Of a stretch of 64,000 nucleotides of DNA, positions 1 to 11,545 are shown piece after piece; position 1 is the first letter of the stretch, and each line of letters starts with the position of its first letter. The stretch is from Tubulanus polymorphus (Eukaryota > Animalia > Nemertea), in contig NC_134025.1 in NCBI RefSeq assembly GCF_964204645.1, positions 8,122,001-8,186,000 of the forward strand, read 5' to 3'. Under the pieces are notes generated by a model. It did no database searches and had not been told where the DNA came from. It saw only the letters and a list, made by a program, of their open reading frames with translations. Made by a program: the position numbers and the translations under genes.

Positions 1-184
1 AATTCGATTCAAACTATCTTCCCATCAGTCTGAAAAGAGCTGAAGAAAAGAGCAGAACCTTTTGAGCAGAAAATCCTTTGGAATATCACTGATCATAATT
101 ATCATGTCAATTCATATATAAGATTAGCAACGTGGATCGATACATAGATTTTAATAATAGTCTTAAATGATATTTATGAAATTC

Positions 185-2845
185 AACTCATATAGTAATT
201 CATCTATATTCTAAATATCTAAGCAATGGTTGATTATTATAGTTTAACAACAATTCAACTAAAGAAAATTCATCTATAGTCATCTTTAGGAATACCAGAG
301 TTACAACAAATTTAGTAATGCATAATCAATCTTATCAAATCGTTTTTGAACTGTTTTCTCTTCTATCTTCTTGAAATTCTTGATGTGTCTTTTATTGAAA
401 CCCAGGCCCATCATACAGTGCAAACCTGCTAGTAATATTGGCCTATATATATTTCGATTGTCAGCTAAACAATGTTCGTATTATCAAATTTACTTCATTG
501 CAGTTAATAAACTTAAGAGATGTTTTCTACCCACAGATGGCGACATCTGTACCCAGTGAATGGTATTCTAATCCATTTCATTAATTCTAAATATTGCTCC
601 TAATATATACAATGATTTTGTAATTATGATAATATAACTAACTGAAGAGTGAGTGCGCTGCCAGCATTGAGCACACTGATCCTATAAGTAACATGGTTCT
701 ACAGATTTAAGAAACCTCGAATCATTCCCACAACTCGACAAATCCAGAATTCTGCAAAGCCTTAAAGATTCAATAAATCCCACGCACTAGAGACCCAGTA
801 TTCTTTATATATCAACCAATATTGAATTATACTTATCAACCCCTATGGTTTAGATTTGAGCACTTTTACCTTATATGAAGATGCTGAATTAGATACCTAA
901 TCTATAAGTTAATTGATAATGTCCTAGCTATAATTGAAATTGTCTCGGACAATATTTTATATGGGGCTTGAAATTTCTACACGAGAAGAATTTCAGATCC
1001 GGTACGAATTTGAATTAATCACTATTTGAACTGCTAATTTTGCAACAGAGCTTTTGATACCTAGCTTAACTAACCCAGAATCCCCAAAAACCTAACTGAT
1101 TCAACAGATCCCACACACACATGTGGCCCAGTTAGACGCAGATGACATTGCGCGATACAGTCGTCTCATCCACTGTGCAATTTTGAATAAGTTTCACTTA
1201 TATTCATTACATTGAATTAATTTTAATTAAATTCTAGGTATCTAAGCGAACCATTAATTAGTAATCATACTAGCTATATTTTAATTGTCAGTTGAACAAT
1301 ATTTATATGGAGCCTGAAAATCTACATGAGTAGAATTTCAGATGTGGTGAATTCGTCACTATTTGAATTCATCAGAAATTAAAGATAAAAAAGCATATTT
1401 TTAGTGGTAAATTAGAAATTCCCTTAGCCGAATGGCTATATAATCTTTATTTCCCTTATATAGTACACCGTGTATAAGGACCAAAAGACCTTGTTATGAC
1501 CGGACCTCCCTGGTGCGGTGCGAGTCATGATGCTAGAAAATAGTTTGAAGGAGAGGGGTTAGTGAAAGAGAGCTATTAGCAAGAGGAATAAGACCTAAGT
1601 TTAGGATATCCTGTCAGAATAAGGCTTTCAATCTGACATACACAGTGAAATTGAAATATTCCCCCTTCCAAATCCAGGAATGTATTTGTGCACAGATTCG
1701 ATCGGAAGTAAATCTGCGTTAAATGATTTTGGCAATATGTATCAAAACAAATACAGCTGTGTGAAGACACCATAGGTTCACTTAGATACAGATAAATAAA
1801 TGTGCTCAGATACACATGTATCGGCTACATTTTAAATGTCCATGGAATTAGAAATAATTTCACATAACAATTGAATTAACCTTAATCAATCTAAGTAATA
1901 CATTAATGAGTAATTCATCTTAGATTCTAATTTTCAGTTAAACTATATCTAATATGCGTCACTTGACACACAGTATGGCTTTTAGATATTAATTGAATCA
2001 GTTAGGTTTGAGTAAATTTTGCCAATAATGAAAAGCATGGCTAGTCGTCGTAAGCGCGGCAGTTGGCGATACAGAACTGATCAGTCAATGAGACTGATTC
2101 ACTTATAGATGTGCTCAAATATATTATATATTTCAGCTATATTTCAATAAATATTTATGATATAAAAAGTTTTTGATCTAACATCAAATATTGAATTCAT
2201 CTTAATTGTGAATATCTAAGCCATTTTTCCTGGCTGTATGCTAATTGTCAGTCAAACAACAATTATCATGCGTCGCCCAAAACAAGACGCAGTGTTTCAG
2301 GAATGAATTAAATCAATTAAAGCTTTGGTTTATTCTGGATTTATCAAAGTGTTGAGACCAAATCACTGTTTCATAAAGACCAGTAGCCCATAGTTTTCCC
2401 CATATAACGCCAGACCTCGATAGAGCCCTAGACACTATCTTGTGAAATTCATAACTGTGAGGCAGCACACAGTATATATTGTAAAGTATGGCCTCAATCT
2501 TAATAAATTTATCAATATATTATTTGTAAAGAAAAATCTATCAACCAACGATAAAGTTTAATTGATATATCTTTTAGTAAAAATTGTCCTATCTACATCT
2601 TGATTGTCAGTTAAACAATAGTCATATGATGCCTGAAATATCTACGGTACATTCGAATAATTTCAAATGTCACATAAGATATTGAATTTACCTTAATTGT
2701 ACGTACTTACAAAATCTTTTAATCAATAACTGACCAATCTACATTTTAATTATCAGACCAAAGAATATCTAAGGGACCTAACTCAATCATTTCGTCTAAT
2801 ATTGTAAATATTCAAGCAATCATTGCCTAGCTATATTTCAATTTA
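185..2845. repeat. Dispersed degenerate AT-rich repeat, about 8 copies of a 100-150 bp motif
   Basis: A motif like ATTGAATT..CTTAAT..AATATCTAAG..CTAGCTATATTTTAATTGTCAGTTAAACAATA recurs near 440, 920, 1270, 1920, 2230, 2590 and 2740 with irregular spacing. Boundaries are approximate. Confidence 0.6.
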
Positions 2846-3329
2846 CTACCGGCCACAGAGCTTCAATAAAGTAGTGCGGAGATGGTGAGCTTGACCAGCA
2901 TCTCTATCCTCTCCAGCGCCTATGCATTCTACCCCAGATATGAAAAATCAACTTAGCTTTATGTATGTATGTATTCCTGTTGCCATGCAGGATGAGCCAT
3001 GCAAGACTGCCAGGTTCGGTTGCGACAGGTCTTTCGGTGTTTGGTGGTACTTCAAGGTGGAGTCTTTTGTGGGCACTTCTGGTGGGCAGATTTTAGATGG
3101 GCCTTTCCGGATTAACCTGAAATGAGTAAAAGAACGATATTGTGTAGTTACACAATCCTTTCCGTATCACGCATCGTAATTTACATGTGTATCAACTTAA
3201 CTTTCAATATTGCTGAGTTCAGTGTTCTTTTTTGGCATCGTCTTCGTTGTAGTCACCTTCAGCATCTTCTTCTTCATCTTGGGAGTCCTGAAATGAAAAA
3301 AAAAGAGAAGAGCGATGAAAACCTGGTAC

Positions 3330-4036
3330 GGAACAAAACTAATGTCTGAAAGCTTTTCGGCTCTCCGTTGTCGGTCACATGCCGAGAACACCAGATAATG
3401 AGCCAGCCAGGAATATACTGCCCTCTACACGCCCTCACACAGAACGCGAAAACCAGAATGACAACGCCTCACATTCCCCATCTAACTACAGGATGTACTG
3501 GGCGACGTCAGTAATGACACACCTGTAAAATTGCACGAAACACAAATAGCGCAGTACAACCAGCTTGACCGGGCGAGATTCAGGATCTCAACTAGCACTC
3601 AAAGGCGTGACAAGAGACTTCATCCACTGACCGAGGTTGTCACAAGGACACAATGAAAACTAGCACTCAAACTAGAAATCAAAGGGCGTGACAGTAGAAT
3701 CATCCCTCAGCCGACTCAGAATACCAGAAACAAAGGGCGTGACAGTAGAATCATCCCTCATCCGGGCGGTCACAAGGACCAATGAATGCTAGTGGCGTGA
3801 CAATCCAGTATAACCGTTCCATTTGTATCCCGCGCAATCCCGCAGATATGCCCGTCATTGACATCACTCAGCACACTTTGTAGATAGGTGGGGGCAGTGA
3901 GGCCTCGTCATCCTGGTTTTCGTGTTCCGTATGAGGGCATGTAGAGGGCAGAATTTCCTGACCGACTCTTTGTCTGACATCCTCGACACATGACCGGCGA
4001 AGGAGAGCTGACGCTTTCGGACATTAGTTTTGTTCC
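3330..4036 (-). repeat. Long imperfect inverted repeat (arms about 3330-3570 and 3800-4036) with a loop of direct repeats; candidate hairpin RNA
   Basis: The left arm GGAACAAAACTAATGTC..CTGCCCTCTACA..GAAAACCAG..ACAAAT aligns to the reverse complement of the right arm at about 70-75% identity. The loop carries three copies of AAAGG(G)CGTGACA..TCATCC. Confidence 0.85.
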
Positions 4037-4620
4037 AGCAAACGTTGAAATTCGACAGAAATTGGCCCTGAAAAACAAAACGGGTTAATTGCTGAAAAAT
4101 AGAACGGATTAATTAACACGGAACAGTACAGGACAGCACAGAGACAAACAGTAACACATAAAACATAAAGACGTCGTTCCTCAGGAAGCAGGAACAGGAG
4201 CAGGAGCGGGAGCGCAGCGAAAATCGCCGGGAGGAGAATCCACGGTAGCATGTTCACTGTGTGAGTAAGCTGAGGTGAATGGTCTATGCTTGTGTACACC
4301 GTGGTCAGCCGGTGACGTATTCAATAGCGCGTGTCAGAATGATAGCAACAACTCTGAAAACCCGCAATTGTGTCTCTATTGTTGAATGGATTTACATTAT
4401 GAGGTTCCACCGCCGGGTTGAATACGCGCCAGTAGTCTGCTGAACAATATAGTGGAGGAACTTTAATAAGGCCATGAAATAACTTACTTGATTCCCAACA
4501 GCTACTTCCGAATTTATAAGCATCCGCCTGTTTTTTTTCTTAAATTCTAGAATAATTTATAAATTATACCGACCGATAGCACTTCCAGTTAAAGATTCAC
4601 ACCAACACAGGTCTTCCTAA

Positions 4621-5721
4621 CTTCCTAAAACTATCGACGAGCTCGCTGACTCGGTTCAATACACCAGCAAATCCTACGACGACCTTCAAAATGAAAATCA
4701 AAAGTTGATCTCAGACTTGAACTTCACATCAGGGAAAGTAAACAGCCTCACCACAAGCCTTAAAGCCGCAAGGGCAGATATAAAAAAATTAGAAAGCCTC
4801 TGCATAGAGCTGCAGTGCCAAGTGAACTCAGGCCTCACTGCAAACTGCCCCGACCCACTAGACTGTGCAGAACTCTGCATTATCGTGAGCGACTTGAAGA
4901 AAGAATTCCAATCTGATCTCCAAAAAACATGCGAAGAAATGTTTGACTATCTTGGCCATAAACAAGCAATCACAGCTCACAAGCAATTGCCGATTAGAAA
5001 TGGTCAGAGAAATCCGCTTGTAAAGGTCGCGTTGAAAACAAAAGCCATTAAAATCGATGTCTTGCGAAAGAAACATAATCTTAGAAAAAATCCTAAGTTC
5101 ACTGATGTCTGGTTGAGATCAAGCCAATCACATGCGGAACGTCTCAATGACATAAACTTCCGAAGAGTTCTAGATTTTATACCAGAAGCCAAGAAAGAAC
5201 TTAAAATAGCGAGTAATGGGCGATTGATAAGTCGCTCCGTGCCACATAGGCAACCGATAAACCGCAACGCGCCGGCTCAAAGAAACCGAACCCCAGCGAC
5301 AGAGCCCGATGTAACCCCTGCCCGCGATGAAAGTAATGATGAAAAAAACCGAACCCCAGCGACAGAGCCCGATGTAACCCCTTCCCGTGATGAAAGTACT
5401 TTTTCTGGTTTTACGTTTCGAGCTTCACCTACCCTGCCACCTCAAGTTGCTGTTAATAATGATGCAACATCTGGTGCGAACGAAACAACCAGCCGCAAGG
5501 AATACGCCACACTGACCAACTCTACGAAATCGCGCACCCGTAAAACCGCGCCTGCTGGAAATCGTAAACGGGATACCGTTAGACCTCCGGAAAAAAGAGC
5601 CAGAGTAGCGTCTGAACCTGAACAATCATCAGTAAACGAAGCGCTCCGAGACGCCAGGTTCGTCTTGGATATGGACAGTGGATTACATCTATCCCAACCG
5701 CTAGCAGCAGCTCCAGAATAG
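4621..5721 (+). CDS. LINE ORF1 (coiled coil, RRM/CTD-like region, low-complexity basic tail); 5' end disrupted
   Basis: The frame is open from 4621 (LPKTIDELADSVQYTSKSYDDLQ.., heptad-like) and contains VKVALK..KIDVLRKKHNLR..VWLRSSQSHAER. An 8-bp duplication CTTCCTAA/CTTCCTAA at 4613-4628 creates an upstream stop. Confidence 0.7.
   Translation, partial: LPKTIDELADSVQYTSKSYDDLQNENQKLISDLNFTSGKVNSLTTSLKAARADIKKLESLCIELQCQVNSGLTANCPDPLDCAELCIIVSDLKKEFQSDLQKTCEEMFDYLGHKQAITAHKQLPIRNGQRNPLVKVALKTKAIKIDVLRKKHNLRKNPKFTDVWLRSSQSHAERLNDINFRRVLDFIPEAKKELKIASNGRLISRSVPHRQPINRNAPAQRNRTPATEPDVTPARDESNDEKNRTPATEPDVTPSRDESTFSGFTFRASPTLPPQVAVNNDATSGANETTSRKEYATLTNSTKSRTRKTAPAGNRKRDTVRPPEKRARVASEPEQSSVNEALRDARFVLDMDSGLHLSQPLAAAPE
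5283..5398 (+). repeat. 63-bp-period in-frame tandem duplication inside ORF1
   Basis: Encodes NRTPATEPDVTPARDES and then NRTPATEPDVTPSRDES. Confidence 0.9.
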
Positions 5722-8700
5722 GATTGCGCCGAGCCAGGAGAAATTAGTATCCTGTGTCTGAATATTTGTGGTTTGAAATCTAGATCATATACTCTAGAGT
5801 TTGATAGTTTATGCAAGTCAGCTGATATTTTAGTTTTTTCTGAAACCAAACTTGATGATTCCGATGAATTGTGGGTAAAAGAGTATTTTAAAAGTGTCGG
5901 TTACGAAGTAGTCATGAATAACAGATCAAATCTAGCTATAAGGAAATCTGGGGGAATCCTGGTTGCTTTTAAGCAAAGTCTAAACAGATATATTAAAACT
6001 ATTCATAAATCAACCAATATCATTCAATGGATTGAAATTGATAAGAGATTCCTAGGGTGGAAAAAACATTTGTTAATTGGAGGAGTATATATTCCCCCAG
6101 AAACTAGTAGATATGGAAATATTAACTTATTCGATGAACTCGACACTGACGTTATAAACCGAATGAGTTCTACCGATGCTTATTTTTGTCTATGTGGCGA
6201 TTTCAATGCCTACACAAAGCAGTTATTAGACTATTTACCCCATGACGAAATACTCATGGAATTCCTAGGCCTAGACGAAGTTTTTGTGGAAGATCGTCAT
6301 AACCTTGATGCACTAAAAATACAAGGTCTACTCAATAGGAAAAACAAAGACTCCTCTATCAATAATTGGGGTTATCGTTTGTTAGACTTTTGTAAAAATC
6401 ACAACATGTTCATTGCAAATGGCAGATTAGGTAGGGATAAAGGAATCGGTGAGTACACGTGCATCAAAGGGGAAAATAACCATGTTATTGATTACTTTAT
6501 TATGTCTCCCTATTTGTTGTCAAAATGCGTGAACTTCAATGTAAACGACTATGACCAAATGATTTCAGACGTACACTGTGCTGTTACGTGTTCCTTCTCT
6601 ATTTCACACACGAGAAGTCCATATACAAATGTACAAAACATGCCTAACATAGCAGGTAAAATTAAATGGAACAGTGGTCGAAGCGATGTTTTTAGAGAGG
6701 CAATCAACCAAACCGAATTGAATAAAATAAATATCGAACTTCAAAATGATATAATAGACAGCGCCTGTGCGAATAAGCGTATATGCGACATTTTAAATAA
6801 GGCGGCAGGGGCCACAATGGGCCGAAGCCGGGTTAACTTTGACAAACCAAAAACTTTGTTACATGACTATAAAGTGAAACGAGACCGTAGAATTTATAGG
6901 AAAGCGAAAAGAAATTATAAAAGATATCGATCCGTCCAAAATAGAACTAATCTGAATTCGGCGTATAAGAGGTATAAAACATCGATAAAGATATCAAAAC
7001 AAAAGAAAGTTAAATTGCACAATGACCAAATAGGAAAGTTAGCAAAAGACGATCCAAAAGCTTTTTGGAAATATTTCCGAAAGGAAAAACCAAATGAATG
7101 TAAAGCGTCGCGAGATGATTTATTTGACCACTTTTCCGTCATTAACCAAAACCGTAGTGCAGAAAATGATAATCGTAATTTTTTCAATGTGAATGACTTC
7201 CTTCATGACCACAATGATGATGCACTTAATAGGCTAATCACTGAGGGAGAAATATCTAAATGTATAAAATGCCTCAAAAATAATAAAGCCCCTGGAAACG
7301 ACGAAATTTTAAACGAATTCCTCAAAACTGCAGAAAATGAAATCATGCCTACCCTCGTTTTGTTGTTTAACAATATTTTGAAAACTGGCTGCATTCCGGA
7401 AGAGTGGGCTGTAGGTATTATCACTCCAATCTTTAAGAATAAGGGAGACCCTTCCAATCCGGATAACTACAGAGGAATTACTCTATTAAGCTGTATGAGC
7501 AAATTGTTTACGAGCCTGATTAATAAACGTTTAGAGGAGTTTTTGATGGATAACCAATTACTGAATGAAAATCAAGCTGGATTTCGAAAAAATCGTAGTA
7601 TCATGGACCATATTTTCACATTGCATTCTCTTATAGATATTCTGACTAGTAATAAGCGGAAGCTTTATTGTATATTTATTGATTACCAAAAAGCATTCGA
7701 TACAATATGGAGAAAAGCACTGTGGCATAAATTAATTTTAACGGGAATTACAGGAAATATCCTGGAAATATCCGGAAAATCTGTCACCAGTGCTTTTCTC
7801 CATATTTGTCAATGACCTCGAGTCTTTCTTATACGAGAAAGGGTGTCAAGGATTAGATTTCCAGCTGGATGATTTCTGGTTTAACATATTAATACTTTTA
7901 TATGCCGACGATACTTTATTATTATCTGACAATGCTTCCAAACTGCAAAATATACTTGACCATGTTGTGGATTACTGCCAAACATGGCAGTTAGTAATCA
8001 ATGTCGAAAAAACCAAAGCAATAGTTTTCGAAAAAAGACGATCTAACAGACAGCCCATTTTCTATATCAGGGGGGTAGCCTTGGATACAGTATCTGACTT
8101 TAGATATTTGGGAGTACACTTTAATTATACTGGAAATTTCGCTAAATGCAAAAAAGATATCTGTGACCAAGCAAAAAAAGCACTATTTTTTGTTCTTAAA
8201 AAAGTACAGCAATACTCCCTAACTATAGACATTGCATTTAAAATTTTTGATGCAATGGTGGGATCGATCCTTACCTTTGGTAGTGAAATATGGGGTTTCT
8301 CGAACTTAGATGCAATCGAGAAAATACACCTAATGTTCTGCAAATACTTATTGAAATTGAAACGTGCAACTCCAAATGCTATGGTTTATGGAGAATTAGG
8401 TCGTTTTCCTTTTGAAATACAAATAAAAGTCAGAATGGTTAAGTTTTGGGGACATCTGATCACAGAGAGCAACACTCATTCTAGTAAAATGTATCGTATC
8501 CTAATAAAAAATCATGTAAATGGTAAGACCAGTAAATGGATCACTTGTATTCAGTCTATCTTAGAAAACTGTGGTCTAGGTTACATTTGGTACGAACAAT
8601 CTTTCCCGAATATCCGGTATTTATCAGAAACTGTTAAATTATGTTTACAAGATCAATTCAAACAGAAATGGCACCAGACTATCGCAGCTTCAACAAAACT

Positions 8701-9070
8701 AGATACCTATAGAATTATTAAGCCGAATTGGGGGCGGGAAGTATGTTCATTAGCACTACCATTTGACCTCAGGACAAATGTAATACGGTTTCGTTGCTCT
8801 AATCATAATCTACCGATTGAAACAAGAAGATATGAAAATATCCCCCGAAATGAACGACTTTGTACCAAATGTAACCTAGGGCAAATCGGCGACGAATACC
8901 ATTTTATAATGGAGTGTACTTTTTTCGAAAGTTTAAGAAGTCGGTACATACCGCAACAAATAGTAACGTTTCCTAATATAAGAAAATTTATGAACCTTTT
9001 TACGTCAGAAAACCCAAACGTCCTAAGGAATCTTGCAGTTTTTATAAAAAAGGCACATAGCCTCATCTAG
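5722..9070 (+). pseudogene. LINE ORF2 (AP endonuclease, reverse transcriptase, zinc knuckle), frameshifted by an internal deletion at about 7763-7774
   Basis: APE motifs ILCLNICGL, FSET, GDFNA, IDY and SDH; RT motifs NYRGITLLS, QAGFR, FIDYQKAFD, ENLSP and LLYADD. The segment normally ending in GVRQG is missing where ORFs 5773-7815 and 7790-9070 overlap. Confidence 0.92.
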
Positions 9071-10756
9071 CCTCACCTCATCGCTGTTCCTGGTATACAC
9101 GAACTTTTCAAAATAACTTTTCAATTGTAAATATAACTAGTTATTGTATGACTAGCAACTGTTATTGTATAACTGCAAACTGTTTATTTTGTATGTATCC
9201 TGTGCTCGCAAAAAATGTACAATTTTCTGGAGCAATAAATTTAAATCTAATCTAATCTAATCCTATCATAGAAACCGCGTAAACATTTACTAATGAAATT
9301 AGTTTATTAGTCACGGACAGTTCATGCACCCCGAGATAACTACCTCACATGCACAAGGAAAGCGGTCTATTTGAGTCATTGGGGGAAAACCCACTAATAC
9401 CATGTCTTCACGATTATTCATCATTCATACTGTTATCACAGAATCCCGTCAATAGACAGATTTTCATTAAAAAAAACTCCTCGATTCAATTGAGGGGAGA
9501 TATATGAGGCATTCTTAATTACTTGGAGCACCGATCCTCTGAAATTCTGCCAAAAACTTCATGCTTACCACTCATAATTTAAAAAAAAAAACAAATTGTT
9601 TTCTTTAATTTTGATACTCAACTGGAGATTAAACGGTACATCATCATGTAAATTTAGGAAAGTCCATATTAGAATTTCGTTTCTTGATCTTCCAATTTAA
9701 TCTTATCCCAATTTTTGATTTTGGTCAGAGTATGGCGGTATCAAATCATGCGTACAGGGTCAGTCTGTCCATGAGGATACTAGTTGTGATAAGTCAGACA
9801 AGTCATGATTAGGCATTAAAGCAATTCACTAAATGAAAAACTGCCACCTGCCATTTTTTCCGCATTAAGCGTTAAATTTTGCTTAAGTCTACAAAAATTA
9901 TGTCATCATTGACGCCGGTCCTCTCTGATAGAAGAAAAATAAACTCAAAAGAAAAACCATTCAGTAAATGATAATAATATTGAGTTTATTAATCACAATG
10001 CAATAAAAGTGGTAATTTTCAATTTGCCTCGTCCAAATTCATACGCTCGCTGTTGTAATGTGGTCACATTTCTCTGGTGAAATTTATCCCTTAACTTCCT
10101 AATCTTTGTTTCTTGGTGAAATAATATAACATGAGGTGCGGCGGTGATGAGGTGTTGAATTGGCTACGCATTTGCCGGTGAAGACAATTTGATATAATCA
10201 CTCATTTACCGAATTTGTTGTTGTTGCGTGAATAATTGACCAAACCGATTAAATAATGAAATATGATTTATAGGTCCCTAAGGGTAACGGTGTTTATATT
10301 GTTTTTTCGCTAGATCCACGTTTACTCGGTTTTCGGTATAGACAAATACTCACAAACAGTAAAATGTTTGCTATTACTCCCGTAATGACAGAAAGAGCTA
10401 CAGATGGCTGCTTTTATCCCGGCTCGAACATTGTCATTGTTTACACTGAAAGTTTCACCCTGAAATTTCGATAATTGAAAGAATACCCGAGGCGGAAAAT
10501 GTGTAATGGATATATTTCATTCTACCTCTGTTAATGAATGTTTTTGTCTAATCAACGTTCCGTCTAATTTCATCATCGAATAGCCACACTCAGACCAGGA
10601 GACTATAATCGAAACCGACTTTAAATTAAGAAGATTAAAATTGAATTGATTCGGAAGTCTATAATTAATTTATTAAACAGATGATTGTTTCGTGAATAGA
10701 TTCTGTTTATCTTTTTTAGCAAAATAACGCCCGGTGATATCCCATCCTATTCTTCA

Positions 10757-10881
10757 AGCCGGGCGTAGGTCGGCCTTTCGACGATGGCAGTCGCAAGGTA
10801 GCGTAGGTCGGTGAGTCGTTGCGACGCGATCGTCGCTGGCGGTGAGTCGCAAGCCGTCGCAAGGCCGACCTACGCCCGCCT
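10757..10881. mobile_element. 125-bp MITE, PIF/Harbinger-like
   Basis: 21-bp TIR AGCCGGGCGTAGGTCGGCCTT / AAGGCCGACCTACGCCCGCCT with 1 mismatch; 3-bp TSD TCA. Absent from the paralogous upstream regions at about 20735 and 32785. Confidence 0.88.
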
Positions 10882-11545
10882 TCACAAATTTGCCGCGGTT
10901 CCATATTTAAGAGATTTCTATGGTAACACACTGTTTAGGCGGTCTGCGATTGATGCGCGGCAGCGCTGCATGCATTTTTGATAATGTTGTCACTCACCTG
11001 GTCAAATTATTCATAATCGCATCATTTTGATAATGTTTATCATGTTGACCGGACGTGCAGGAATGGAACGTCACTTCGTAAGTACAAGTTTTCATTATAA
11101 TTAATCGTTGACTATTACGTAGGCCCAATTCTTTTCTTTTTCCGAATTTTCACTTTTTTACATTATCACTTCCCGACATAAAATATAGATTTATACAAAT
11201 GTTTAAATTATTAAAACAACAAGTGTATGAAGAGGAAATTTTGAAAATGGCTCAGCACTTTTTGAATTGAAACGTCACACTTCTCTGATAGTTCTTTTGA
11301 TTGTGGGGTATTTTCGACAGCGGGGTCAAAAATTTGAAAATGGACACTTTTGTGACCATATGATTAGGACAGGTACCGACGATCTTAGCTGTATAACCTC
11401 TTTTCCATTTTATTCATCATCTTCCAGATAAATTGGTAACGTTAGAACGAAATCCAGACGCAACGCACAAAAAGCGAAGACATCTGATAATTATTTTGGC
11501 ATTTTCTTCGTTGATACTTCAAGGCTAAACGCGCGGTGCACCGAA

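Larger units (their letters stand above)
4561..9262 (+). mobile_element. Non-LTR retrotransposon (LINE), RTE-X-like, near full length but defective
   Basis: ORF1 followed by an APE-RT ORF2 with a C-terminal RLCxxC..DEYHF..C zinc knuckle. AATAAA at about 9234 is followed by an (ATCTA)n tail at about 9245-9262. The 5' end and TSD were not resolved. Confidence 0.85.
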
